Source: Ophelia neglecta
Taxonomy: Eukaryota
Direction: 5' to 3'
Length of the DNA stretch: 64,000 nt
Assembly (NCBI GenBank): GCA_965285935.1
Contig: OZ260664.1
Location: 11,594,001-11,658,000, forward strand
The position numbers and the translations under genes were made by a program. The notes under the pieces are model-generated. The model did no database searches and was not told the origin of the DNA. It saw only the letters and a program-made list of their open reading frames with translations. Within the stretch, counting starts at the first letter, position 1; each line of letters starts with the position of its first letter. Shown one piece after another: positions 14,101 through 28,730 of this stretch.

Positions 14101-17100
14101 ATAGGGATATGCAAACAGCATCGACGACTTGGCGTATTCACCTAAGAGAAACATATGATCATTCTTTTCATGGCCCGTAAACGGCTATGGTGGTACGGTT
14201 ATAAAACGCAAATAATGTCATTGGATTTGCTTATCGTCACTGTCGTGAGTGGAAATTATGTAAGGCATAAATAAGTTATCGCTTCTGATCACCTGGGCCC
14301 TGTTTGTGGAAGTTCTCTAAAATCTGTCCTCGGATTAAAATCACGATTAAACTGCTAAGTCGGCCATTACTTGCTAATAAGGATATCAGGAAGCTGTATT
14401 TTTGGTTTAAACCAAAGTCATTTTGGTCCTAAACTTAACCATGGTCAATGAACATAGTCCATCGCGGAACCATTTAAACTTTTTATAGCACGAGAGGGTA
14501 TTCCCGATATCACATGCCCAGGGCATCGGCCCTGTTCTAAGCACTGAGTTGTTTTTAGTCAAAGTGTGAAGGAAATTTAGATACGTCGAAAGAATTGATG
14601 TGAGGCTAAACGTTGGTCCCCCAAAATAGGAGTTAGATTTAGCCGTTACCTATATGTTGCAGCCTGCAATAAACACGATTATGTATGTGTCTACCATTGT
14701 GCAAGAGCTAGGGTAAATCGTAATGCGTTGGTGTAGCTGGTATTATACGAACAAATTTTATTGCCACTACTAGCCACTTAACTGTCTGGGTTTTTCATAT
14801 CAGTGACATAATCAGGAATAATGTAGTCATTGCCCCACACATAAAGCCAAATAAAGAAGAGGACAACAAAAGCAGTACAAGGAACATTCTAGAATGAATC
14901 TGATCTGGTTGGTGAGATAGAATCAAATGTAGGCTATGGACACGTTCGGGCTCTGCAAGGAAAGAAGGTCAATCAGATAGCCAGCTCGGCATTGAAAGAG
15001 AAAGAAGGGTGCATCTGGCAAACAAACCAAGACTAGTCAAATAAATCCGGTCATTTCGGAAACATGACCATATCGTGGTGAAATGAATTGGCGGCTGTTA
15101 TAACACATAAGTAATAAATGCTTTCCATACCGAATTACTTACCTATTCCGGATTTACGATGTATCTGTGCCTGTCATATCACTTCCGTTTGTGTCCACAT
15201 ATTTTCCTTCAGTACCGCCCTATTTACGTAGAGAGCAACTTTAGCAGCTTATTCAGTTTGTTTCTTTTTGCCTTACCACCCTTTCTTTATGGAATGTTAA
15301 GATGTATAGATTGAAAGTTTTACCATTTCATCAAAACAACCACACCATAACTTTGGCAAATAATACTTATAATTACCACACACAATTGGGGACAATCCAG
15401 TAAAACTAAGTAGAATTAATTTAATAGCCTTTTAGCTGCACTGTTGTCTGTGACATTACATTCGTATTGCTTTAAATACTCATTCATATATCAAGCGTCA
15501 AGGAAATGCCTAGAATCTAAATGTCTACTTCCCCCTTTTTTTTGGAAACAAATGTAATCTTGTCTTTGCCCAGATAAGACATTACTTAAGGGCGTGATGA
15601 GTTTAAGCCTAGACGTGCTTTCTTGTTCCCTGTAAATGCATTCGAGGTCTACTAAAACAATCATCCGCCTTTTTAAGAAGAAAATACCACAGTTCGTCCT
15701 GGAAGCAGCTCACACCCCATCTACAATGACCTCGATCAATCTGATATCGTGCTAAATGCTGTGCTTTCTACGTCTGTCTGAATAGAAAAGTGCTTCCTGT
15801 TCGCCCTTGTCACTTTCCAGTAATCGCTTTGTTATAAATCTTTCCCCAAACATGGTAGTCATGTTGATTATTTTTCGTCAAAGAACCCAGATTAATGATC
15901 TTCGAAGCTTAATGGCAGCGGGATAAAGAATTACAAATAGACAGTGATTAAATCCGATATGAAAAGCACACCAGTTATGAATAGCGCTAACCGCAATAAC
16001 CTCGTGCCACTGATCTTGTATGTAGGCGACTGTGGGTTTTCATGTATCCTGAGCATACGAAACAAACAAGTCTACAAATATCATAGGTTTGTTTTTCATA
16101 TTTCTGTTTTGAAAAAAAAACACTGTAGAATTTTGGACTTGTGTGTTCGGACGTTTTTATCTGCCTCGTGTAGAATTGCTCAGATCCTTATTCATTAAGG
16201 GTCTAGAAAAAAAGTATTTTGGGCTCCTTAAATCAAACCAGTGTGCTAGTAAAGACAACGTGTAACATTCTTACAGGTTGATAAGCTTAATGTTAATCCT
16301 TCTCCCCGAACATTTAACATACTAGACAAGGCAGCTCTTGGGTAATTCGTCAGAAACATGATATAGAACGAATCAAAGGGTACAACTTACTCACGACAGG
16401 ATATTTCTACAAGCCAAATGCGGTCTTTATATTTGCTTCAGGCAGTTCTAAACTACAGGAACTCATAAATAATTATTGGCTATTAATAAAGTGGTTGGTT
16501 TACTTGATGATTGCGGGCTGATATATTTATATACATGATGATTTGGGGCTGATTTATTGATATACTTAATTATATCGGGCTGATATAATAAAATATCGCT
16601 ATTGCGATAGATAAATTTGTATTGTCTCCGGGTTTCCGCTCCCGTCTTTTTGGCAACTAACAGCGGCAACGTTTATTGCATAATAATGCGGCAGGGGGGT
16701 TTAAATAAAAAGAGAAGAGGTTAATCAATTTGGTAAACTAAAATTTAGATATGTGCAATCCTAAATTATAAGAAAAGATAAAAATATAAAAGAATTTTAA
16801 GCTGTATATCCAATCTAATTTGACTAAAAAGGATGAGTTATATATTTTACTTTTTATTTAAGAATTGGACATTAAGATTCTGAAATTGCCCTCAGTACCG
16901 GACAATGCTGAAAACCGAAGACTCCCCAATATGCAGAAGAATACTACAGTATGAATTTTGATCATTATTTGTAATATACTGGAACATCTTCACAGTTCAG
17001 CATAGCTACAACAGTTCCTAAGGTTATTCCTCATCTTGGTACTAGAGGGAAGCACTGCTTTTAAAATCATGCAAGGGAAAGTAACCGAAATATTAGTAGA

Positions 17101-20100
17101 AAGGTTTGGAAACTAAACAATTTAAACAAAGAGGTGAATATAGTGTTGGTCTTTTGTAATTTTTGTCGTCACAAGTAATTAATAAAATACGAATAATGAC
17201 TAATAGCTGTCGCTGTCATCATCAACTTTCATTATATCTGTTTAGATTAATTGCATGTTCTGCCGGACTGTGGGCTAAGCTGGGTTTAATGAAATCGCTT
17301 CAGCACATACGTCCTATCCGCCGGACAAGGCGGTGAACAGAAAACGAGAAATCCAAACTGATTTAGGGCTGAGACTGTATGGATAGTAAGATAATGGTAT
17401 CATAAAAAGTGGCACTACCGCATCGGGGTCAGTCGCAGATGTACACAGCTCATGACGTTAATAGTTACGGAAATCTTTTGCACTTATGAAGGCAGGTTGT
17501 AATAACCTTGGGTTATATCTATTGGGTATAGTGCAAGATGTTGAATGTCTAAAATCATTCGTTTATTCTAGCTTAATCATTTCTGAAGGTTTGTTTCTGC
17601 AAGTAGAAAACGTGACGGATCAAAGTTCATTCATATGAACATCAAGTGCCATCTTTATTCAGATCATTTTATTTTCGGATAACCACATTTTGTACGGGTA
17701 AGCCACTATTCACTCGTGCATTCGACGCGTCCTTCATTGCTTATTATCATTTTGTTTGTCTTCACTTTAGAAATGCTGTTGTCTAACTACGTCAAACAGG
17801 TTAAGGCTTATATTTGGTGATTTCAGTGCGGTCGCTCGAAAGCCAATACTTGAAAGGGAACCACTGATTGATTTGTATTAGTAAAGTATTACCTGTGCAC
17901 GATTTGACGCAATGTTCCTTAATTCTTGCCTGAACTAAATCGGACTTGTTTTTTCTTCTCTTCAATAGTGATTATCTTGATCTAACTAATTTTGTTTCTT
18001 TTTGCGGCTGTGAATATATGTTTAGTGGCTACAACGACTAGTTATCAAATCTGAGTGTCCATGCTTTGCACACATTTGACATTGTTTAATAGTCTATGGT
18101 AATGGGACAGATAAATATTCCTGATTGTGATCTTAAAATATGATTTCTTATTTCATTATATATCATTTTCAAACCACTCTTTTCATGGTTTACATGTCAA
18201 GTTTTTCAGTTTCATCTTGTTTCGAAATCTTTCTTGTAATTTGGTCTGTTGACTTTTAAGACATAATCCATCGTTTATTGACCATTGCGTATAGAGGTGC
18301 ACGACTACATCAAGCTGTTTTGCCTACGTTCCCATCTTATCTTAAAATTACACGTCACCGACCTTAAATACATCCTATACGTCAGTCCCATACTCTACGG
18401 TCCGAACATGTTTATCGCAGTGCCAGAATCTTATGGCTGACTCATACTGTCTTCTTCTGTAGCCTATCTCCCCAGTGCAGCTTTAACAATTCAAAATGTC
18501 TCATCACATCTACTCCAATCAATTGGTTCGTAACAAAGACGTGATTTATTAGTCAATAATTAGATGGTTCTTACCCAGTACCTTTACTGGCACAACTCGA
18601 CACTATTTTCATATGGTAGCAACCACATCAGTGTCTCTTCAGTTTTTTCTTAGCACTTGTAACGGGAATGTACCTTAACATAGTAATAGCTATTCACACA
18701 TGGCAGTTGTAGGTGAAGATGAGTCCAGAAAAAAAGAGCAGCCTTGGGACGCTGGGTTATTTTTTTCTCCGCTCGTGGAAATTCTTCGTTTGTTCGCTGG
18801 ATCTTGTTATTTCAAGGTTATTTCATAATGGTTGATCCGTTTTGATCATCAAGGTAATTGCTTACTTTTGCGAACAGTTTTCGATGATGCGTGACAAAGC
18901 TCACAACAAGCAGTAAGTAGCCATCGAATGACAGGCTGTATATCATGAACCAAGCCCCTCCCCAATTTGAGACCACAGTAGATAAACCCATCTCGAAAAG
19001 CACAAGACAATATGGGGATGCAAAAGGTCCATAAACACTCGAGAAAAAATGTATTATGTAGAAGACGCATAGCGAATGTATCCTTCTTCAACCTACTGCA
19101 GGTAGAAAGGCGCCAAATATTATTACAGACAAATGTCAAATGTATCATACCATCTGGTTTATATGAATAGCCATACTGTGTAGCTGTTTATTCCTCTGAC
19201 CATTTACTTTTTAAAGGAAACGGAAAATTTTATGTCAAATCGTGTCGAGGCCTTGCTCCTAAATTAACGATTTGGTATATAACCCAATAAAACGTCCATA
19301 AAGATTGATTGGTGGCCCGTTATAGTGAGCAGGTGTATATGATATATACCCTGTATTAACCTATCAACAGAGACCATGACAAGGTTGCCCCGGTTGTAAC
19401 CCATAGCGATAAACTCAATATTTCATGATACATCATAAATGAGAAGTACCATAAAGCTAGAATAGAACTTATCGCCATTCACGTATCATTTAACATATAA
19501 CAAATACTTTAATATATACATTTCTCTGACATACTTATATCAGATATTAAATGTACCGGCATAATATTCGCCCTTCCTGGAATTTTTGTGCAGTAGATTT
19601 TGTCAAAACCATCAACCTACCACTTTCCCATAGATTTTTCCTGTTTGGCACACTTTGGACATTCAACGCAGACACTGAAAGCCTGACACAACTTTTATCT
19701 GCTTTAATGATTATCTTGGCGTACTAAGGTTTGTTTAAGACACCAGTTTTAAGGAGAACTCTTTTTTCTTGTTTCCGATCCCGCCAAACCCCCTTAATTG
19801 TCATTTCCAACCAATGTTGTCCGCAAACAAAAATTTAAAGCCAATTTCCTGTCAATGTGTCAGCGGCGCCGACCAGTAATTTATTATGGTTCTCTACGCT
19901 ACTTGGGGTCATTACCATGAAGCCGATGAGCTATTGCAAGATCTTGATGATGGTTTAATATTGTCTAGACGTTATCTTAAGAGGCGATAGAATAATAGGC
20001 AAAGGTCGGTCGTTCTGGTGACAACTTTCCATTATGCGAATATTTAAAGTGTGAAAAGGATTCCATAGGAGTTGGGCATGGTACACTTGGGTATTACACA

Positions 20101-23100
20101 ATGTATGTATTTCCTCAAAGTAAATTAAAGGTCTTAAGTATCTATCTTGTGTACGGATGACTATACGTGTTTTGAAAAATAGGGGCGAAAATATGTGAAA
20201 TGCACGGGTTGTTAAGGAGAATAATGGAAAGAAATGTATCACTATAGAATCAGGATATTTGCAAGATACACTCTCACCATTCGTCCAAAAAAGGGCTCTA
20301 AACGGTCCTTATTATACAAAGACGACTTCAAGGATCACACTTTGTTCATCTTGAATTAAAGAGGAGAAACAAGGTTAATGCACACAGTTTTCAAAATGAA
20401 ACTGGATTGTAGTTGGTTGAAGACCTTTGTACAGTCGGTACTCAAGCGGGCTCAGCGTGGATTATTTTCCTTGTTTATATGGCTGGTCTGACCACATATA
20501 TTTTCCTGTTGACAGCCTTAATGTTTACGGAATACGGAAGCATTGTGGATAGAGATTGCCATTTGAACATTCTTCCGCAACAAATGCAAGTTGTTGACCT
20601 ATTGCCTTCCCATAGCACGCTCTCTCATTTCCTGTGTGCGATCATACCTAAACCATTCGTATGCCCAGTGTACTAGTGTTATTGTCGCCATAATAATGAT
20701 ATAAATAATATAATCTATGGTTCAAGCCTTTTGTTATTTGTTGGTTTTATTTCGATTCGTTTTCGGATTTATAATTAAAAATTTTATCATATATTAAGCT
20801 CAAAGACTAAAAACGTGAATGATACACACGACACAACCTCATCAGGCTGTTTTTCATTCTTTGTATGATGATTGAATCGGATGTACAATGGAACTGATCT
20901 TTATGTAGTCATAGAAGGATATCGAATGACAGTGTGCTAGTTACATGGTAAATACATAGCTAGCATGAATAGTTTAACATGACGTCGGCAGAGAATAAAC
21001 ATTGTCTGACGTCTTTCTCCCTTCCCCAAATCGCCAATCACCGGGATAATACACGATCTAGTATATCACGTGCGATAACTCGGTTAGGTGGTTGTTATTG
21101 GGAAGCCAACACTAATAAATCGGGATAAAGTGGTGATAAATGCACTGCGTACATCGTTATGTGTCAATTTAGTCTATGCGAAAAATAGTCTAAGCATAAT
21201 AAAGTTTCCAGTCGATATGTCATAACAGGTATACTACTGATTTATGTGTGGAGGAAGGAGATGATTTAATACACCTGGGTGGACGTGTGTAGTAGCCTTA
21301 TGTTGTTGTAGTTTCTACATAAAAGACAATCGGTATTTATTTCTATGTTCTTTAGTATTTAGATTAATGTTATAGCATTTTCTTTTTTATTTAGCGTACT
21401 TTTCCTGTTCATTTGCCTCATATATTTGCGAGTTAGCGTGTGTGCCTGTTTCCCTGTTACAGCAGGTCTTTTTCATAGAGTATCGCGTTGCCTTCTTTCT
21501 GTATTTTTTGTTCTGTTCCACTTAAACTCAATAGGCCAATAAACAAATTTGAATTGAAAAACTCTTGAATTGAATGTCAGATTTTAGTTATTGTGCCGGA
21601 ATTTTCTCTAGACCTGAAACTGCGCTCAATTTCCTTTTTAGGTTTAAACTGCTTTCAAAATGTTTCTAAAATTACTCTCACTCTTGTGTAGAAGCCCCTG
21701 CTACTTGTAGGAGGCAACTGGACGTTCTGTTTATGGCTTGCCTAGCTGAACGCTCATGCTGGCGTGATAAACCTGGTCGTGGCTATTACAGAACATTCAT
21801 AGCTACTCTATTTTATCGTAGTCAATAGAGTGCTTGTTATGAAGCTGGTTAAATGATGAACGTGCCGTTTTTCGACTCCCGCTTGCTTATGCATCTCCCT
21901 GTTCAATATATACATTATTGTTAACAAAGGCATTTTTACCAGCAAGAAAATTGCGTGATAATCTTTCAAGTATATTTGTATTTGATATCATCACCTAGTA
22001 GAATCTTATTGTTGGCGGAATGGTAATTACAAAACTAGCATGTAGAGCACTTTCTCTTTTCTCGCAAAACAATCTGTTACCAATAACAATAGTATACATG
22101 TTCAATCCATGCATTTAGGTCAATGCTATTTCCTGCTGAATTGTTGGATTTAAATTATTGCATAATTATCTCTAGGCTAATGGGGGCTTTAAATTCTTAT
22201 TTAGGAATGAGGGAGCTCATATTATATCAATGATATCGGTTGACTTCTTGTCATTCTACGTGATATTGTTTTTACTATATAAATCAACCCTTGTTAGTTG
22301 TCTGACGTTCCTGATGAATTTGACTCGAACATTATGATAATGTTAAAATATGCACCGTTTGTTCAATACGTGAAATTGAGAATCGCAGCCAGAAAATATA
22401 AAATCGAAGGCCTTATCGATTGGGTTTTCGCCATCATTGCCTTGTTATGCAACTAAAAACAATAACTTTTTGATGTTATTGGCTGCGGAGATCAGGAATT
22501 TGCTAATATAATTTGCGAGCAATATCTGGCGACGTGCTCTCATTGATCTCATAGGACTGTACAAAATCTCTCGAGTACTGCGCATTCAATGTCGAATAAT
22601 ACATTTGTTACGAGGGTATAAAATATTGAAACGGTTGAAACAGAGCTTGGTTCATGTTTGTTAAGAGGGTTTCCAGTGCTTCATACATGCAAAGAGGTCA
22701 CACTGACTCTGTTTATTTGCCCTGTGGTCAGACTTCTCATCGGAGCAATTACGTTGGGGATCAGAGGTCAACTTTCCTATCAGACTGGCCATGGAAATAA
22801 TCTCAGGTTGTGTAAATATGCGAATAGCCGCAGCTTATACTGGCGGACAACGGGCTGCATATCAAAGTTGTCCTACAGTGGTTTCGGGGGCATTGTGTGC
22901 ACATATCAAGCACACTGGCTATTTGCAATATTGAAAAGGCATTGGGGAAGAGATCGGCTTGCAATCGACTGCTAGAATACACCTAATACTCGATATCTTG
23001 GCAAATCTAATATGCCAGTTTTAAACGGCAGCGATCATAGCCACGAGACAGCAATTAGGTCACAATGGCCACATGTCTTTTCTGCAAACTCAAAGAGAAA

Positions 23101-26100
23101 ATGTCATGGTTTTATAAATGCTACATTTACTGAAGTATACTTGCCGTACGCCTTGGAATTGATTAGGCGTAAAGTTATTTTCGCCTTGAATGAAATGAAT
23201 ATCTAATGAAAACAGCGATCGCGGCTGTCAGTAATATCTTTCAGTTCTAAATAATAGGGATACATCTATGGATATGTGCAACTCTCTACGGGCTTTTACC
23301 CGGGCAATGAATATTTTCAAAGAGGAAACAAAATGGATCAACATACTGGTGCGCTCTCCTTATGTGGCATCCTTAACAAATAGTACAAACTAGTGTGACG
23401 TACACATGATGCTAATAACCAAGGGCCATCAACATTTGTCAGAAATTGCATAAAGTTAGCAGGGCAATGTACAGTATCCATGAAAAATCTGCAGTGACCA
23501 TTTACTTGCTTCTGGTTCCTGGTGACGTCGAGTGGATTAAGTAAGCTAAGTTTGCTTTAGCCTGCGGGTATCCACTAATGTTAAAACGGGAAATAGAAGA
23601 AAAATACTAATGTGGACATCTGGCAGACAATGCGAAATCATGAATCACAGGGATAACTTCTTTTCGAATTCGTCTGCAGAAGTGAACTATTGGCACACAA
23701 ATGTCAATCCTCATTGCCCTAAGGTTAAAAACATTGTAAATAAATGGAATGGAAAATGTCAATTTGATATAACTATGAGTAATAGTCCAGGTATCCATGA
23801 TGTGAGCGCAAAACAGTGGTTAACGTAAGAATGGATATGATCCGGTACACCATGCCCCGGGATCCCACGGGTTTTACAACGGCATATATTATTTAATTAA
23901 CCTGTTGGTATTGTCATGGCAACCCAGTATGTGCAGAGCAAAACAATAATAACGGCATGTCCTGGGGTATGACAGTCTTCAAATTACGTGATGCCCCGGG
24001 GTAATAAGGTGACCGGGGGCATGATGTTGGAATCAAGTTGGAATCAACAATGTCTCGTAATGGGAAAAACCAGACATAAACAATAAGCGCAGAGAATGGT
24101 TTGAATACGAGAATAGTGAGTTAATGCCCCCCCCCCCCCAAAAAAAAATTGCTCCGAATTGGTGCTAAGAGTGTTCTCCTGCGTTCAGCGAAATCCTGCT
24201 AACATATACGAAATTTGTGGGTCGGCTTAAGTTAATGTACATACGCAGTGCAACCCAGGTTTTTTTACAGTGTCGGCGAAAGACACACTTTCTGTAAAAA
24301 GATAGCCAAGACACCCGCAATGATCCTCACAATTATGGCTTTGCATCGAGTAGTTTATGGACGTCTATTTATAGTCACCAGACGAAGTTCCTCTAAAGAT
24401 GTCGGAATAAAAAGATTTAACAATTTATCAAATAGACTCAATCTTCCGTGATGATATTGGCTCTGTTAACGGGTCTGTGATATTTTTATAAGTAGGAACA
24501 TTTGAAATATCAGGCAACGTAGCTAGTTTTCTTTTCTCAATAGCGTAGTTGTGTTTCAATACTAAAACTTGTAATTGTTTGCAGGTTCTGTGCGGGTAAG
24601 GGTCATTGGCTCCTGGATTCTGTCATCGTACAAAGCTCTCTGATATGCAATTTCGAAAACAAACGCTGTTGGTTTTATTTGTGATTGAACCTGTGCAGTG
24701 AAAACTAAATGAATCCACTGTTAGGGTACGGGAGGGTAGGGAAGATCGGGAAGTGTATGCTTTTAGGTTGATAAATTTATGATGGGTATATATCAGACAG
24801 GGCAAAATATATTCAGCTTAAATGTTTTCTTTTGGAAGAAAATCTGCCTTAAACTAAGGTCAAATGGAATTTGTTCCTTAAAATTTCAGGTTGGTTCGTA
24901 CACAAATATTTTCCCCTCGTTTTCCCCACTTTCTTGTTAATTACAATTCAATGCATGTTTAAAGCTGACTATTATTCTGGTGAAATTGATCAGTATGGTG
25001 AAATGTTTAAATGATTACGTTGTTGCCTAAACTTATTGGGTTTTTACTTTAAAAATAAAATTAAAACCTATAAAGTGTTCAAATGGTGTTTTTCATACTT
25101 AAGATTACTTTTCAGCGAATAACGGAACAGTGATTGGCAAGTCTTGGAAAATCCTTGTTTTCCTTGCGTGGGAAAAGATGACTATAAAAAGCCGATACTT
25201 TAAGTTTTCCTGCAGCTTCTGTGTTTCGCATGATATTGGTTAACACGCTTACACATAAATCACAGAGACCCCTTAACTCGCTTGAACTGAAGTGTTTCAG
25301 ACTATTCGCCACTACATGTTTCGCCTGGAATCCATCTTTCCGAGTTACTGCGTTACTTTCCTGCGCCAGACGGGGAGCGCTATGCTTCCCCAATCTCTCG
25401 GCTTATGTCACGGTGGTTATCCAGACAACATTCAGTCTCTGCTGCGGTGTCTTTTCTTGGTGAAATTTTCAGATAAGCTGTTCATCAAGATCATTATGGA
25501 TTAGTGTCCAATTCGTTGATCGACTGGTATTTATTCGTCCAACTAAGGCAAATAATCATCTCGGCAGAGACATTTATCTTACCTATAGGGGATGTAGATT
25601 GTTGTACATTTATCATTAATGGTGTCATTGTTGTGGGCAACTAAGTACGTCTGATTTCGATTAGTTCATTAATTATGCACAATTTGCGTAAAAGAAAAAG
25701 AATTTATGAACCTTAGTCGTATTAATGATGAGCACTTTATAGTTATTCATTTTCTTTTATATACATTAATTGGTAATTTAAAATGATACCAACAAATACT
25801 GTCAATCCGTCGGAGCGTTTAAAGAAAGTGATTTCAAATGAAAAATTATAGACACTGTATACGAAACGTTATTCCACTCTTAACAAATTATTCTAGATAT
25901 ATTACTTGCATGAAGCCGACGGCGGAGTTCAAGTTATTTTAAAAAAGTTATTTGACGCTGAGTGAAATAAATTTTTAGACCACCACTGGCTCATACGTAG
26001 GGCTCACCACATCTTTGTTTTAACTTGCAGGGCAATTGCAAACAATGGTCTTATACAGCATCATTAGGACAGTTGGCGGGCTTGACAACTACCCTATGTA

Positions 26101-27149
26101 ACTTCTATGTAATCTATGTTGTAACCTTTGTGAACGTCACTCATGATTATCGTGGCAAAGAATGGGTTAATCCGGCATGACCCTTTCGTATGGCTATGGT
26201 AATGTCCTGCTTTATCCTAGACCTTTGTAAAGCATAAATCAGAGTTATTTTCAATATGTCTGCATGAAGCTAGTTATTGTGACTCCTCAAATATGCTTGG
26301 ACAAAATAATTTCAATGAAGCGCCCGCTACGTTTTGGGGTCTAGTATATACGACATTTACCATAAAATCATGTAGATGTAAAAAAACAAACAACGTTTGT
26401 TGGCAGTTTCTTGTGCCATGATTATAAAGATATAGCGGCAATAGGTATCAACGTGTGTTTATGATTTAAGCGGAATATTTTCACAGTTAGGCTTATGTAA
26501 AATTTTGATTATTATAGTTGATCTGTTTTTGTCAGGTGGCTCATTGTTTAACCGATGACTGCCCACATGGTCTCACACATAGAGCTGTATGCGATTACAG
26601 AGAGTTCTTGTCTCGGTCTCTTCGTCAAAGACGCATGTTAGTTCTTAACTGTTCCATTTGTTGGTCGATATGTGCAGTCAACCGCCAGCAGGTGCTACCT
26701 TTAATAGATTCTACTGCTAAGACCAGTCTAATCATTTAAAAGAGGTGTAGTTCAAAACTTTACATCAGGAATTAATGGTCACATTTGTATTATACCCGAT
26801 GGGTACACCCACTATGTTTAAGGCAAATTATTACTGGTACTTACATTTTCTGTCCTGACTGGCAGGCCGTTAGCCCTCTAGCGACAGTTCGTCGAAGGTA
26901 TTGTTATGATCGTACTTACGGTAATTGTAATGCATACCATACTACTAACACAATATCAATCCTGATCCGCAGGGCAGTTGCCTCTTCATATACCCCCTAA
27001 ATTGTAACTGGCCGTCTTCGCACACCCTACAACGCGGTGGTAGCAGAGGGTCTTCATGGCCACATCGTGGCGTGTCATATACCCCTTCTGTGATGTAGAA
27101 ATAAAAACACCCTCCACTACCTTGTTTTCTACATATGGAAATAATATTC

Positions 27150-27544
27150 TTTGTCGACTTCTTTCGCCTCTAGCCACATCATTCATCTCCAATTTAACTT
27201 AATTATACAGTGAAACCTGCCTTAAAGACCACCTGTCTAATCAGACCATATATTTTAGGAACAGAACACTGACTTTCCATTGATTTTGACCTGTCTATTC
27301 AAACCACCTGCCTATAAAGACCACAATTTGTCAGTCCTTTGGGTGGTCTTAATACCCAGGTTTCACTGTAATTAAAATAATTGAGTTGACTAGCAAGTGG
27401 GGTGCACAAATAATAAAAACCTGTATTTATTACCGAAATACAATCAAAATCGAAATTACTCCTGATACTATGATAATTATTAATGTTTATCACTGACTAG
27501 CCAAATTCGACTTATCGTCATGGGGAGGCGCCCGATAGGACCCC
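27150..27544 (-). repeat. Split direct repeat B2 (395 bp), 3' terminus of the element
   Basis: TTTGTCGACTTC...GATAGGACCCC, a copy of 29022-29416. Confidence 0.95.
27208..27368. mobile_element. 161-bp Tc1/mariner(pogo)-type MITE inside repeat B2
   Basis: TIR CAGTGAAACCTG...CAGGTTTCACTG with TA on both sides; internal GACCACC subrepeats. Confidence 0.85.
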
Positions 27545-27860
27545 TCTCAGCTGACTTCATTTAAACTTTATATTTTATATCAACGAAAATTACTCCTTGT
27601 TATCACTAGAATCAGATACTGATAGTCTGAACATCATGTAAGAACTTCCTCCTGTTCTACCAATCTTCTCTTCCCCTTCCAATGAGTCACCTGCAACTGA
27701 CTTGATCATCATGTAATTTATAACATCTGGCATAACTTTAAATAAATCCAGCACCCCTCCCTCACTTTTACATATTGTTACTACTATAACCTCCTCTTAT
27801 CTATGACACACTCCTTAAAAAGCCTAATCATCACATCTTACTTTACCCTATAGAGGTACA

Positions 27861-28329
27861 TTCTTGCTCAATATTAACTATACATGGTTCAGCCTCCAGG
27901 CCACACCCTTCAGCCTCACTCCTTATAATGCTTCTAGCTCAAGATTAACTATACATGGTTCAGCCTCCAGGCCACCCAAGAGGTAACACCCTTCAGCCTC
28001 ACCCCTTATAATGCTTCTTGCTCAAGATTAACTGTACATGGTTCAGCCTCCAGGCCACCCAAGAGGTAACACCCTTCAGCCTCACTCCTTATAATGCTTC
28101 TTGCTCAAGATTAACTATACATGGTTCAGCCTCCAGGCCACCCAAGAGGTAACACCCTTCAGCCTCACTCCTTATAATGCTTCTTGCTCAAGATTAACTA
28201 TACATGGTTCAGCCTCCAGGCCACCCAAGAGGTAACACCCTTCAGCCTCACTCCTTATAATGCTTCTTGCTCAAAATCAACTAAACATAGTTCAGCCTTC
28301 CAGGCCACCCAAGAGGTAACACCCTTCAG
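27861..28329. repeat. 83-bp tandem array (about 5.6 units) in the A2-B2 spacer
   Basis: Units start at 27861 (12-bp deletion), 27932, 28015, 28098, 28181 and 28264: TTCTTGCTCAAGATTAACTATACATGGTTCAGCCTCCAGGCCACCCAAGAGGTAACACCCTTCAGCCTCACTCCTTATAATGC. Confidence 0.95.
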
Positions 28330-28730
28330 ACCCTATTTAGGCTAGTACTCCATTTACATTATACTATTGCTCCAATTGCATACTATGCATGCTCATTTAA
28401 GTTTCCAGGTCACTCAACAGTTAAGTCCTGTCTTACTACCCAACTTTCTGGGTCCCATGTTATCACAATCAATCTCAAATGATTCTTCAGATCCCCCAAG
28501 GTGTAACACCCTTCCAATTTTCTTAACCTTACTGGCACCTATGATGTAATATTGCCTAGGCCTTTCTATTTCTACAAAAGTTATCAGTCCAGGCCAAGGG
28601 GGTAATTACCCTTCCAGTCAAACTATGGAGCCCTAGCAGTGCCAATGTGCAGCCTGGCCTTAAAACACCAGACTAACTAATAATTAACACTACTTCTACC
28701 CCTCACCTCATATGGGTGGCTGTGGGTGGG

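Noticed and set aside
8400-25000. Many 60-105-aa ORFs and scattered MITE-like ends (for example 14480-14550 and 23850-24025)
   Set aside because: No recognisable domains, no phase-consistent exon chain, and no TIR/TSD pair I could confirm by eye.
27299-27493. Duplicated 64-aa ORF (also at 29171-29365)
   Set aside because: A by-product of the B repeat; it starts at a non-ATG codon and runs into the MITE.
27861-28329. 83-bp array as a CRISPR array or coding repeat
   Set aside because: Units are near-identical end to end with no spacers, and 83 is not a multiple of 3.
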